64,000 nucleotides of DNA from Bacteroidota bacterium. GTDB lineage: Bacteria > Bacteroidota > Bacteroidia > Bacteroidales > UBA4417. The notes beneath the pieces were generated by a model. It ran no database searches and had not been told where the DNA came from. It saw nothing but the letters and a program-made list of their open reading frames with translations. Position 1 is the stretch's first letter; each line of letters starts with the position of its first letter. Positions 9,837 through 20,192 of the stretch are shown here, piece after piece. The stretch is taken from contig JACAAZ010000015.1 of the NCBI GenBank assembly GCA_013376995.1, forward strand, positions 47,695-111,694, in the 5' to 3' direction. A program made the translations under genes and the position numbers.

Positions 9837-9919
9837 AATGGCTAGTGAGTGTCATCACTAGCTTGCTGATTGGATTGGAGATTCTTTTGTAGTTCAATAA
9901 TAAAAGAACAACAATTTAA

Positions 9920-10837
9920 TTAAAAAAACCTTGGACTCAGCATCCTCTTTTTAAAAATATCAAGATCGAATCCAAGTCGTATTTCATGTGAACCTTTATT
10001 GTGAGACTGCAGCTCATTAATCCAGAGATCATAGGAATATCCTAATCTTAAATATTCCAAGATGTTGAATTCCGTCATTAGGGCGAATGCCTTTTCTGTT
10101 CTATAAGAGCATCCTAGCAGTAATGTATTGACAAAGAGGAAACTTGCATTCAAATCCAGCTGTGGCGGACCATTCATTACAAATTTCATAAGCATGGAAG
10201 GCCTGAATACAATATCCTTCGACAAAATAAAAGAAGCACCTGCCATTCCATAAAAGTGTCTGAGCAGCTTAGTATATTCATCTCTTCCATTTATGCTGAC
10301 AACATTCATTTCGTTTTGAAGCAGTTCTTTAGATGAGAGGCCAACAAAGTATTTTTTTGTATAATAATATATCCCGAAATTGGCATCAGGTACAGCCCTA
10401 TGTTTTACCTGAGCATTAACAATAGGATCTCCTGCATCAAATGGCCGAACCTTAGCCCAGAAAATATAAGTGTATTTATATCCTGCTTGCAGGCCAAAAG
10501 AGAGTTTGGATTCAGGAAAGAGAATTTGGTAAGCAAATGTTGCCAGTGCTCCCTGCGTTAATGTTGGGCCAATAACATCACTATAAACATTTAAACCAAC
10601 TCCCAAATGTGGATTTCGCAGGGTGGAATATGCTGAAACATTTAAAGTTTTTGGTGCACCGTCAATATTTACCCACTGGTATCTGTACAGGGCGTCTATT
10701 GTAAGGTAATCATGGCTGCCTGCACAAGCTGGATTAATGGCCAATTTGTTAAAAATGTACTGTGTGAATAAAGGATCCTGTTGGGAAAACAGGTTTAACG
10801 ATAAGAATATTAAAATAACAGTAACTAGCTTTTTCAT
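9920..10837 (-). CDS. PorP/SprF-family type IX secretion system membrane protein
   Basis: Signal peptide followed by QQDPLFTQYIFNKLAINPACAG, YRYQWVNIDGAPKT, PDANFGIYYYTKKYFVGLS, and C-terminal HEIRLGFD. The gene lies immediately downstream of a type-B-CTD gene. Confidence 0.9.
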   Translation of the reverse strand: MKKLVTVILIFLSLNLFSQQDPLFTQYIFNKLAINPACAGSHDYLTIDALYRYQWVNIDGAPKTLNVSAYSTLRNPHLGVGLNVYSDVIGPTLTQGALATFAYQILFPESKLSFGLQAGYKYTYIFWAKVRPFDAGDPIVNAQVKHRAVPDANFGIYYYTKKYFVGLSSKELLQNEMNVVSINGRDEYTKLLRHFYGMAGASFILSKDIVFRPSMLMKFVMNGPPQLDLNASFLFVNTLLLGCSYRTEKAFALMTEFNILEYLRLGYSYDLWINELQSHNKGSHEIRLGFDLDIFKKRMLSPRFF

Positions 10838-10934
10838 CGTAAGATTAATATTTGATGAGTTTACTGAATGACGAACCGCATGTTAATAACCTCCTTTAGC
10901 TTCTCAAAAGCAGGATTGAATCTTACATATGATA

Positions 10935-13900
10935 CTAATTGTGGTCTCCCTGAACAAAGACCCAACCAGTCCGAGTCCCTTTGTTTTTCACAGAAAGAAT
11001 ATAATAGTATGTCCCATCAGGAACTAACTCATTTTTATTGTTGGTCCCATCCCAAACTACCGCCGAATTGTCATATCCTGTAAATTCTCGAATTTTATCA
11101 CCCCAACGATTTAGTATTGTTACTGCATTCTCCGGAAACTCTTCGATCCCTTCAATAATCCATTTGTCATTCTTGTTATCCTTGTTAGGTGTAATTATAT
11201 TATAGATGTTAAGTTGTCCGATGGCTGTGTGATAAGTAATAATGTTTACACTGTCAGCAGCCTGGCAACCTGTTGTCAGATCAACAACATTGAGAAAGAA
11301 TGTGACATCATTATTCAATGGATTCGAAACCGGATTCTCAATAAAAGGATCTAGAAGCAATTCTTTCGGTTCCCATACCCATGAATAAAGTCCTGATCCC
11401 TGATTGACTATTCCTGTTAAAGAGATTGACGTTGATTCAGGGATTATTTGATCCATTCCAGCATCAACTTCCGGAGATTTTATAATTTGGAGTGCCAGCT
11501 GGTCAGTAACTTGGTTTAGTCCGCAGATCGGATTCCCCGTAGCCGTCAATTTTAAATGAACCTCACCAGCAAATCCATTAGCAGGAGTGAACGTTGGATT
11601 AACCGTTGTTTCCCCGGTCAAAACACCGGCTGAAACTGGAAACAATTCCCACTTTATAGAGGCCACGTTTGAGGCCACCGCCCCGTTAACTAGAAATACA
11701 TTATTTTCACAAATTGCTGAGTCCTTGCCGGCATCAACTAAAGGATTCCTGTGAATAGTGAGCATTATATTATGAGAATAATCTGAACATAGCGGTTCTC
11801 CAGTCAAAAAGACTGTGAAAGTAACATTACCATTAATTACATCTACAGCGCTCGGTGTATATACCGGATTCAGTTTGGCAGGATCATCAAATATCCCAGA
11901 TCCACTGGAGGTCCATGAACAAAATGTGCTATTCTGGGCCGTTAATCCCTTGATTTCAAGGGGAACCTTTTCGCAAGTTTCCAAATTACCTGGAGGAACA
12001 ACAATCAAAGCAGGATGAATATCAACTTCTTTTTCATCCAGTGCATCTGCACAAAATTCCAATCCGGTTGCTTTCAGAGTAAATATCACAACCCCGGATT
12101 CTTCTGGTGTTGGAGTATATGTTGGTGATAGCGAATGTGCACCATTCAGCACACCTAGACCATTGTGAGACCATTCCAAAACAGAATATCCGCTAGCTGC
12201 TGCATCAGTAAAATTGTACGCTGTAGAACTGCAAATGGCATCATCAGCTCCAGCATTTACAGCTGCTTTTCTATTAATTTTCAATATCAGTGTATCTGCA
12301 GCAGGCTGACAATAAGCTATGCTGTTTGAAATTACAACCAAAGTAACCATACCATTTATAATATCATTTGGACCAGGAGCATAAACAGGGTTCAAAACTG
12401 AAGGATCGTTGAAAAATCCGTCACCTGTAGAATTCCAAAAGAAAGAAACGGCTTGCTGTGCGGTAGCTCCTTGTATGGAATATGTTCCCGATTCGCAGAT
12501 GGTAGCATCGGGTCCAGCATATACTGTTGCTTGCCGTGAAATAAAGAGTACCATCGAGTCAGCAACATTACCACATGCAGAACCAGAGGTTTCTGTCAGT
12601 ATTATACTGCCTGAAATGACATCAGCCAAACTTGGCGTATAAACCGGATTAAGAATAGTAGGATTATCGAAAGTGCCGCTACCACTAGTGGTCCATAGAT
12701 AGGTAATTGCATCCACAGCTGTTGCCGCGTTTAATTCATATGATAGAGAAGATTCACACATATGATCATCAGGCCCGGCATAAACTTCAGCATGGTTGAT
12801 GATTTTGAGATTCATTGCATCGGAAACGCCGACACATGGGGAAACTGATGTAGTGTTGAGTATGAGTGTAACAGTCCCATTCAGTATATCATTAGCGCTA
12901 GGATTATAAATTGGGTTTAAAATGTTTGGATTGCTAAAGGTTCCCGAACCGCTTGTCGTCCATTGGTAAGAAGTGGCAAATTGAGTAGTCGCCCCAGAAA
13001 GAAGATAACTTCCAACATTGCATATAGTGGCATCTGGCCCGGCATTAACAAGAGCCTGATGAGTGATATTAAGTATCATAGCATCTGATACATTGCCACA
13101 CAAAGAACTTCCAGTTTCGGTTAACATAACACTTGTGGATTCGATATCCTCTGCGCTGGGAGTATATATTGGATTTAATAGATTAATATTGTTGAAAACA
13201 CCGCTGCCAGAGGTAGTCCAGAGGATAGAAGCAGTATTTTGTGCAGTTGATCCACTCAGCAGGTATGACCCTGAAGCTTCACACATATTAGCATCTGGGC
13301 CGGCATTTACAATTGCCTGCGAAACTATCTGCAGAATCATATCATCAGATATACTGGTGCATGGTGCAACAGATGTAGCATTAAGGGTTAAAACAACTGA
13401 GCCATTAATAATATCATTAGTGCTAGGATAATAAAGCGGGTTCAAAAGTGTGGGATTGTTAAATGTTCCTGAACCACTGCTTGTCCATTGAAATGATGAT
13501 GCATATTGAGAAGTAGCCCCACTGAGTAGATAATTATCAGATTCACATATTGTTGCATCTAATCCGGCATTTACAATTGCCTGACGTGTTATATGCAGAA
13601 TCATAACATCGGATACGTTTCCACAAAGAGAACTTCCAGTTTCGGTTAGAACTACACTACCTGTTTCAATATCCTCCAAACTAGGCGTATATATTGGATT
13701 CAACACACTGGCGTTATTAAAAAGGCCACTTCCAGAGGTAGTCCAGAGGATAGAAGTTGCATTCTGTGCTGAGGATCCACTAAGAAGGTATGATCCTGAT
13801 GATTCACACATATTAGCATCAGGCCCGGCACTTACGATGGCCTGAGAAACAATATGCAAGATCATGGCATCAGATACATTGGGGCATGGAGCAGAAGAGA

Positions 13901-16742
13901 CTGCATTGATAGTTAAAACAACTGCACCATTTGTAATATCATACGCGCTAGGGAAATAAACTGGATTCAAGAGGGTGGGATTATTAAATATGCCTGAACC
14001 ACTGCTTGTCCACTGAAATGATGGTGCATATTGAGCAGTAGCACCTGAAAGCAGGCAACTCCCATTGTTGCATATGGTTGAATCTGGACCCGCATTTACA
14101 AGAGCCTGATGGGAGATTGAAAGAATCATGGCATCCGTTGCATTACCGCATGACAAATTTGAGATTGCAGACAAAGTCAGTATGACAGAACCGGCGGTGA
14201 TATCATCAGTGCTGGGAACATACACTGGATTCAGCAAAAATGGGTTATTGAATGTACCTGTACCGCTGGAGGTCCAAAGATAGGTGGATGCATATGAAGA
14301 GCTAGCAGCGTTGAGCGTAAATGAAATTCCCTGGCAAATTACAGCGTCCGGACCTGCATTTGCTGTTGCGGGTTGGTTAATAAACAGGATCATGCCATCA
14401 CTTGCGGGAGAACATGAAGAGGCTGGAGCAGCAATTAGAGTAAGGGTAACTGAGCCAGTCTGGATGTCAATCTGGCTTGGGAAGTAGATGGGATGCAAAA
14501 TTGTTGGATCACTGAATGTACCGGTTCCGGATGTTGTCCATTGAAGTGTAGCATAATTTGATGCGGACGAATTTAGGATTGTATAAGTGCTATTGCTACA
14601 GATAGTTGCGTCAGGGCCAGCATTGGCTAAGGAAGAATTTTCGGATAACAACAATTTAGCAATAAATACATCCCGGCCGCCACCGTTGAATGATGGGTCA
14701 TAAGCATTAGCTGTCATAGGTATATTAGAAGACCTAGTTTCACCTAGAATTAATGCTGTATCATTATTCATCCAAACAGCATTTGCTATATCTGAATCTA
14801 CGCCACCCAAGTATGTAGAGTAAAGTATTTGAGTGCATTGGCTATTAAATTTAGTAACGAATGCATCACTAGACCCACCATTATATATGGGATTAAAAGA
14901 GCAATTGGTAGTAGGGAATCCTGAAGCAGCAGACCCTGAAAGAATTATATTATTATTCACATCAGAAGTAAGAAAATACCCGACATCTTCACCAGGACTT
15001 CCAATATATGTTGAATACACTAAATTGCTAAAAGTTGAATTCATTTTAGTGACAAATGAATCATATGTACCCCCAGAAAATGTTTGCTTATATGCACCCG
15101 GAGTTGTTGGAAATCCAGTTCCGCAATTACCTGTCACAATCATTTGGTTCTGGTCATCCAGTATTAATCCCCCATACCCTCTTGGAACTTCATCCGCATT
15201 GCTCCCTAAATAGGTTGAATAAATTAATGTTGACAATGTGGAATTCATTTTAAAGAGCACAAGATCATTTTGCCCACCATTATAAGAATTGTCAAACGCT
15301 CCTGACGTTATTGGAAAATTACCACTACTTGTACCATAAATATATACGTTATCTGAACTGTCAAGTTTGAGATTGTATCCACGATCTTGGTTTGAACCTC
15401 CCACCATAGTTGAAATCAAGAGAGAATTTCCTGTTGAATTTAGTTTGGAGATGAAAATGTCATATGTGCCAAAGCCTGAATTATTTGCTTGATATGCACC
15501 TGGAGTTGTTGGGAAATCACCATTAGTATAACCACAAACATAGATCTGTTGAGATGAATTTAATTCTAACCCGACAACATAATCTTCAATACCACTGTTT
15601 AAGCTACCTAAGAAAGTTGAGAACACAAGACTATTCCCTGCACTATTCAATTTAAGTAAAAATCCATCTCTATTACCACCAAAAGTTGTTTGATAAGCTC
15701 CACTTGTAACTGGGAAATTATAGCTCGTAGTAAAACCCGTAACAACTATTTCATTATTTGGGGGACATAATCGAACATTTGTAACATAATCATTATCAGT
15801 TCCGCCAATATATGTTGATAAAAGGATTTGTGTCGCTGTGGGATTCATTTTTACGACAAAGACATCGATCATTCCATGATTGGTAGTTGAATAGGAACCA
15901 AATGTTACGGGCAAATTCATGCTAGTAGTTCTGCCAACAAAATAGATATTGCCTTGTGAATCTTTCACAATGTTACTCTGATATAAATAATCATCCCCCG
16001 TCCCACCAAAATAGGTTGAGTAAATCAACTGGGGGTCTATGATGAGATCAGAATTGGGATCATATTTACTAATTATGTATGAAACAGATCCATTATTAGT
16101 AACTTTAAATTTTGCATTGATTGTTATTCTGTTCCCATTTATCATTTGGTAAACTTCAGGAATGACCTCTTTAAATTCAAACCCATCAATTCGGTATATC
16201 AAGTCTCCTTGCTGGTTTACTTTAATATTATTGATCCCTTTATATTTTATGGATATATCTTCTATTCTACCCCCTGGGTGAACGACAAAATCATTCTCGA
16301 TGAATTGATTTGTTGCATGATAAACCAGGTCAATGGAATTATAAATATTTGTGTAAACAAGCGTTTGAAAGCTTGGCACATCGGTTTTCCATTTGGTAGA
16401 ATCATTGCCTATAAAAAAATTGAATTTTCCTGGTAGAACATCCTTTTCCTGTGCTTGGGCTTGCTGATTAAAGTTTTGAAATTCAATGTTAAGTGAAACT
16501 CTTTTAAGATCATTTTCCGTAGAATTCTTGTCTGTAGTCAGGAACTGGTGAATGACTTCTCCTTTAACAAAATAGGATGTTGTTGATGCAGTCTTTAGGC
16601 AATATTCATAATGAGAATCAAACTGACCTGAATTCCTAATAAAAAAACCGGGCACATTAATTCCAGATGAATAAATTTTGGCAGGAATCAAACAAATACA
16701 AATGATAATAAATGAGATAGTTCTAATGGCTATATTATTCAT
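10935..16742 (-). CDS. giant T9SS cargo / adhesin-like protein: signal peptide, SBBP-type beta-propeller repeats, at least 12 copies of an ~88-aa two-Cys module, C-terminal T9SS type B sorting domain
   Basis: 1935 aa. N-terminal repeats follow the pattern YSTY.GG..D........D...N.Y..G.T.S..FP.T.GA. Modules follow .NAGPD..IC.......L.G........W.TSGSG.F.N...LNP.Y.PS..D...G.V.L.......C......M.L.I. The C-terminus is YNIITPNKDNKNDKWIIEGIEEFPENAVTILNRWGDKIREF...WDGTNNKNELVPDGTYYYIL. Confidence 0.9.
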   Translation of the reverse strand: MNNIAIRTISFIIICICLIPAKIYSSGINVPGFFIRNSGQFDSHYEYCLKTASTTSYFVKGEVIHQFLTTDKNSTENDLKRVSLNIEFQNFNQQAQAQEKDVLPGKFNFFIGNDSTKWKTDVPSFQTLVYTNIYNSIDLVYHATNQFIENDFVVHPGGRIEDISIKYKGINNIKVNQQGDLIYRIDGFEFKEVIPEVYQMINGNRITINAKFKVTNNGSVSYIISKYDPNSDLIIDPQLIYSTYFGGTGDDYLYQSNIVKDSQGNIYFVGRTTSMNLPVTFGSYSTTNHGMIDVFVVKMNPTATQILLSTYIGGTDNDYVTNVRLCPPNNEIVVTGFTTSYNFPVTSGAYQTTFGGNRDGFLLKLNSAGNSLVFSTFLGSLNSGIEDYVVGLELNSSQQIYVCGYTNGDFPTTPGAYQANNSGFGTYDIFISKLNSTGNSLLISTMVGGSNQDRGYNLKLDSSDNVYIYGTSSGNFPITSGAFDNSYNGGQNDLVLFKMNSTLSTLIYSTYLGSNADEVPRGYGGLILDDQNQMIVTGNCGTGFPTTPGAYKQTFSGGTYDSFVTKMNSTFSNLVYSTYIGSPGEDVGYFLTSDVNNNIILSGSAASGFPTTNCSFNPIYNGGSSDAFVTKFNSQCTQILYSTYLGGVDSDIANAVWMNNDTALILGETRSSNIPMTANAYDPSFNGGGRDVFIAKLLLSENSSLANAGPDATICSNSTYTILNSSASNYATLQWTTSGTGTFSDPTILHPIYFPSQIDIQTGSVTLTLIAAPASSCSPASDGMILFINQPATANAGPDAVICQGISFTLNAASSSYASTYLWTSSGTGTFNNPFLLNPVYVPSTDDITAGSVILTLSAISNLSCGNATDAMILSISHQALVNAGPDSTICNNGSCLLSGATAQYAPSFQWTSSGSGIFNNPTLLNPVYFPSAYDITNGAVVLTINAVSSAPCPNVSDAMILHIVSQAIVSAGPDANMCESSGSYLLSGSSAQNATSILWTTSGSGLFNNASVLNPIYTPSLEDIETGSVVLTETGSSLCGNVSDVMILHITRQAIVNAGLDATICESDNYLLSGATSQYASSFQWTSSGSGTFNNPTLLNPLYYPSTNDIINGSVVLTLNATSVAPCTSISDDMILQIVSQAIVNAGPDANMCEASGSYLLSGSTAQNTASILWTTSGSGVFNNINLLNPIYTPSAEDIESTSVMLTETGSSLCGNVSDAMILNITHQALVNAGPDATICNVGSYLLSGATTQFATSYQWTTSGSGTFSNPNILNPIYNPSANDILNGTVTLILNTTSVSPCVGVSDAMNLKIINHAEVYAGPDDHMCESSLSYELNAATAVDAITYLWTTSGSGTFDNPTILNPVYTPSLADVISGSIILTETSGSACGNVADSMVLFISRQATVYAGPDATICESGTYSIQGATAQQAVSFFWNSTGDGFFNDPSVLNPVYAPGPNDIINGMVTLVVISNSIAYCQPAADTLILKINRKAAVNAGADDAICSSTAYNFTDAAASGYSVLEWSHNGLGVLNGAHSLSPTYTPTPEESGVVIFTLKATGLEFCADALDEKEVDIHPALIVVPPGNLETCEKVPLEIKGLTAQNSTFCSWTSSGSGIFDDPAKLNPVYTPSAVDVINGNVTFTVFLTGEPLCSDYSHNIMLTIHRNPLVDAGKDSAICENNVFLVNGAVASNVASIKWELFPVSAGVLTGETTVNPTFTPANGFAGEVHLKLTATGNPICGLNQVTDQLALQIIKSPEVDAGMDQIIPESTSISLTGIVNQGSGLYSWVWEPKELLLDPFIENPVSNPLNNDVTFFLNVVDLTTGCQAADSVNIITYHTAIGQLNIYNIITPNKDNKNDKWIIEGIEEFPENAVTILNRWGDKIREFTGYDNSAVVWDGTNNKNELVPDGTYYYILSVKNKGTRTGWVFVQGDHN
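12524..14099 (-). repeat. three tandem copies of a 525-bp two-module (88 aa + 87 aa) super-repeat inside the adhesin gene
   Basis: Module-A starts (GTn AAT/TAT GCn GGn ...) read on the minus strand at 14099, 13574, 13049 and 12524, exactly 525 nt apart. Module B starts at 13835. A-type modules contain ICN.GSYLLSGAT.Q.A.S.QWT. B-type modules contain MCE.SGSYLLSGS.AQN..SILWTTSGSG...LTETGSSLCGNVSD. Confidence 0.85.
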
Positions 16743-17477
16743 AATTGAAGAGTGTTAATTATTCAAATAATCAGGAAATGATTCCTATTGTCAAATTAGC
16801 TAAAGGCGTACAATTTGGACTTACTTATAAATAATACTTCTGTAAATAATGATGTTAAATACTATTATTATGACCAGAATAGATAATTAAAGTTCAAATA
16901 TAGTGAAGAAATACATTTTCCCAACCCGATATCCGATCTTTTTTCAGACGAGTTCATTAAGGCCTGACTTATACCGGGGTGCAGTTATGAAAAATAGCCT
17001 CTATAAATTTGCATGAATTCAATGCTTTTACTTGCATTTAAGTTAAAGGCCCCTACTTTATTTGGAAAAATACGCCAGATTATAATCTGAAGCCCTATCC
17101 TGTTTGGTATTATTTATCCTTCATAAACGATAATTGGCTATTGCTTCCATAAAATGAAATACAATGAGCTAATTCATATTCTCAGCTTACTAAGGTACAT
17201 ATTCAACTTCAGTCTTCCTATAGACTTCTTTCCCCTAGTTCAAACACATGTCTATATTCATTTAAGCTAGTTCTATTTAAATTTGAACAAGATGAATAGA
17301 GATTCGTTTTGATCACCATCTCAAATGAGTGACAGTGTGAAGAAACGGAGGGTTACTAATGCAAATTATTATGATTAACTATGGCTTCAAAGCTCTTTTG
17401 TCTCGTTATGCTCTTCAAGACTGAGTTTTCACTTTATTAAGAAGTTATAGGAGTCTGATAATCGATGCTAATTCAAT

Positions 17478-17485
17478 TATTTTTG
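17478..17485 (+). promoter_or_regulatory. candidate -7 promoter element (TAnnTTTG) for cstA
   Basis: TATTTTTG lies 22 nt upstream of the cstA ATG at 17507. Confidence 0.4.
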
Positions 17486-17506
17486 TCACCTAATTAATTC
17501 TGTAGA

Positions 17507-19339
17507 ATGAATGCAATGCCCTTTGTCATAGGAGCTATCCTAGTCCTGATCCTTGCATACCGTTTCTATTATGGCTTTGTAGGCGCCAAACTTGCCACCC
17601 TTTATGAGTCAAAGGATTTGCCATCTAAAAGGTTATATGATGGGCAAAATTATTACCCAATGAGCCGTTGGGTCTTGTTTGGTCACCATTTTGCCGCTAT
17701 TGCAGGGGCTGGGCCTCTTGTCGGACCGGTTCTCGCTGCTCAATTTGGCTTTTTCCCAGGTTATCTATGGATGTTGGCAGGAGCAGTTATGGCTGGTGCA
17801 ATGCATGACCTTGTAATTCTGATCGCATCTCTTAAACACGATGGAAAATCGCTAGCAGAAATCGCTAAACAAGAAATTAGCCAGGTAAGTGGGGCTACTG
17901 CCTCATTTGCCATTCTACTCATACTGATTGTTGCCATGGCGGGTTTAGGATTAGTTGTTGTAAATGCACTTGCTGAGAGTGCATGGGGAACCTTTACTAT
18001 AAGTATGACCATTCCTATTGCCCTGCTAATGGGAGTATGGATGTTCCGCATCAGAAAAGGTAAAACATTGGAAGCTACCATTGTTGGTGTTATTCTCCTC
18101 ACCCTGGCAGTCATATTTGGAAACAATGTTGCTCATTCCACAATTTCGAGCTGGTTCCTTTTTGACCATAATACTTTAACATTCCTATTGGTTGCCTACG
18201 GGTTTTGTGCCTCCGTATTACCTGTCTGGCTCCTGCTTTCCCCACGAGATTACCTCAGTTCAATCATGAAACTAGGTGTCATAGCAATGCTTGCTGTTGG
18301 AACTATCCTGGTAGCTCCAACAATACATATGCCTGCATTTACTCCCTTTATTCATGGCGGAGGGCCAATTATTCCAGGCAAATTATTCCCCTACCTGTTC
18401 ATTACCATTGCATGTGGAGCTATAAGTGGATTCCATGCCCTGGTGAGTTCAGGTACTACCCCAAAAATGATCATGAGCATGAAGGACGTTAAGATAATTG
18501 CTGCCGGGGCCATGTTAGCAGAAGGTATGGTAAGCATTTTGGCTCTTATAGCTGCTACTAGCCTTCTTCCACTTGATTATTTCCAGATCAATGTCCCTGT
18601 TGACAAATTTCAGGCAATCCTGCCACAACTAAACTCCATGGGATTTACCCAATCAAATCTCAACCAACTTTCTGCTGAAGTAGGTGAGAAAATTGCTGGC
18701 AGAACAGGTGGCGCAGTATCCCTGGGAGTTGGAATGGCCCAGATATTCTCATCCTTGCCTGGCCTAAGAAACCTGATGAATTACTGGTATCACTTTGCTA
18801 TTATGTTCGAGGCCTTGTTTATTCTAACAACCATTGATGCTGGCACCCGAATAGGCCGGTTCATCCTTCAAGAATCACTTGGCAAAGTATACAAACCATT
18901 CGGAAGAACCAATTGGCTGCCTGGAAACCTGATTGCCAGTGCTCTGATTGTACTTGCTTGGGGATGGTTTATTTATACCGGAAGTGTTAGCACCATTTGG
19001 CCAATGTTCGGAACGGCTAACCAATTATTGGCCACAGTTGCTCTTGCTATCGGGACTTCTTTTATTATCAATCACGGACTGGTTAGATATTCATGGATGA
19101 CCATATTTCCAATGCTGTTTGTCGGGGTTACCACTCTAACTGCAGGTTTCATGAATATCAGGAACATTTATTTGCCACAACTTGATATTGCAGAAAAACA
19201 GTTCCAGGGTTCAATTAACCTTATACTCACAGCTACTATCATGATTAGTGTGCTGATCATTTTTGCTGATTGCATTCCACGATGGCTTAGAGCCTTTTCC
19301 GGGAAAATTGATGTTCACCATAATAATGGGAGGATCTGA
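17507..19339 (+). CDS. cstA: carbon starvation protein A family transporter
   Basis: 610-aa polytopic membrane protein. VLFGHHFAAIAGAGPLVGPVLAAQFG, PGKLFPYLFITIACGAISGFHALVSSGTTPKM, HFAIMFEALFILTTIDAGTRIGRF, WPMFGTANQLLA. Confidence 0.9.
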   Translation: MNAMPFVIGAILVLILAYRFYYGFVGAKLATLYESKDLPSKRLYDGQNYYPMSRWVLFGHHFAAIAGAGPLVGPVLAAQFGFFPGYLWMLAGAVMAGAMHDLVILIASLKHDGKSLAEIAKQEISQVSGATASFAILLILIVAMAGLGLVVVNALAESAWGTFTISMTIPIALLMGVWMFRIRKGKTLEATIVGVILLTLAVIFGNNVAHSTISSWFLFDHNTLTFLLVAYGFCASVLPVWLLLSPRDYLSSIMKLGVIAMLAVGTILVAPTIHMPAFTPFIHGGGPIIPGKLFPYLFITIACGAISGFHALVSSGTTPKMIMSMKDVKIIAAGAMLAEGMVSILALIAATSLLPLDYFQINVPVDKFQAILPQLNSMGFTQSNLNQLSAEVGEKIAGRTGGAVSLGVGMAQIFSSLPGLRNLMNYWYHFAIMFEALFILTTIDAGTRIGRFILQESLGKVYKPFGRTNWLPGNLIASALIVLAWGWFIYTGSVSTIWPMFGTANQLLATVALAIGTSFIINHGLVRYSWMTIFPMLFVGVTTLTAGFMNIRNIYLPQLDIAEKQFQGSINLILTATIMISVLIIFADCIPRWLRAFSGKIDVHHNNGRI

Positions 19340-19394
19340 TTGCAGATAAAAATCTTATTCTGTATTAGTACAAAAATTAAGTTGAAGCAAATCG

Positions 19395-20192
19395 TCAGAA
19401 ATTTCTTACAGCCCTTACAGAGTAGAGGTAATACTTGCTGTCATCATAGGTATATCCATAATAGATGTCCAGTACCCACGCAGTGGAAAAAAAGGCTTCG
19501 GTTGATGACCAGTAAACTGTTTTGGAAAGTCCAATGGTTGAATTATATGAATCAGTTTGCAGGGTTTTGTCAATCTGATATTTTGACTGGAACATCAAGC
19601 TAAGCTGATCAATGGATGGAAGGTACCAATCATCAAATATACCGGTTTGATAATCATAATTGATGTAATCATCACTCACTTTTGCAGCACTATTCACCTG
19701 GCCTGGTTGCCGGATAATATTGAACGAATTGTTCAAACCGTCCCAGTCGCTTTGGGCTGCAGGACCAACAGCAACGTTGATGATATTGCTCCAGGGTTGG
19801 TCAACAGCAATATCAACAGCACTGCAAATAAAACCATGATGTCCTGTTTCATCAACCCAAAAAACAACTCCACCGCCATATTGCTCACCAATATAATGCC
19901 TCATACCAGTTCCGGTTTCTGTAATTAAAACCCAACCCTGCCCATTGAAATAATAGAAACCTGAAATTCCGTTTGTTTGGAATATCATTAATCCACGGGC
20001 AGGGCTAACAATGCTATCACGTTGCCCCTCCCTCATTCTTGGCACTAACACCCCCCTATTAACAGATTTTATATCCAGAACCGAAGAACTATCCGGAGCA
20101 GAACCATCGGAGTTAATTGCAACTCCCTGAGAATAAACGTAATTAAATGTCATCATTAAAGATGTAATGACCAGCATACACAGCTTTTTCAT
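19395..20192 (-). CDS. secreted protein with DUF1566 (Lcl C-terminal-like) domain
   Basis: Signal peptide. The N-terminal motif GVAINSDGSAPDSSSVLDIKSVNRGVLVPRM...QRDSI..PARGLMIFQT is common in Bacteroidota secreted proteins. C-terminal DUF1566-like part: WYLPSIDQLSLMF ... VYWSSTE...AWVLD...G.......K...YSVRAVR. Confidence 0.6.
   Translation of the reverse strand: MKKLCMLVITSLMMTFNYVYSQGVAINSDGSAPDSSSVLDIKSVNRGVLVPRMREGQRDSIVSPARGLMIFQTNGISGFYYFNGQGWVLITETGTGMRHYIGEQYGGGVVFWVDETGHHGFICSAVDIAVDQPWSNIINVAVGPAAQSDWDGLNNSFNIIRQPGQVNSAAKVSDDYINYDYQTGIFDDWYLPSIDQLSLMFQSKYQIDKTLQTDSYNSTIGLSKTVYWSSTEAFFSTAWVLDIYYGYTYDDSKYYLYSVRAVRNF

Noticed and set aside
11815-15253. Plus-strand ORFs of 60-126 aa inside adhesin gene 1 (for example 13063..13431 and 14833..15213). 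There are matching ones inside adhesin 2 (60121..60360 and 63196..63447).
   Set aside because: They lie antisense to long, motif-rich repeat coding sequence and repeat with the same period as the sense-strand modules. They have no recognisable motifs, so I treat them as shadow ORFs.
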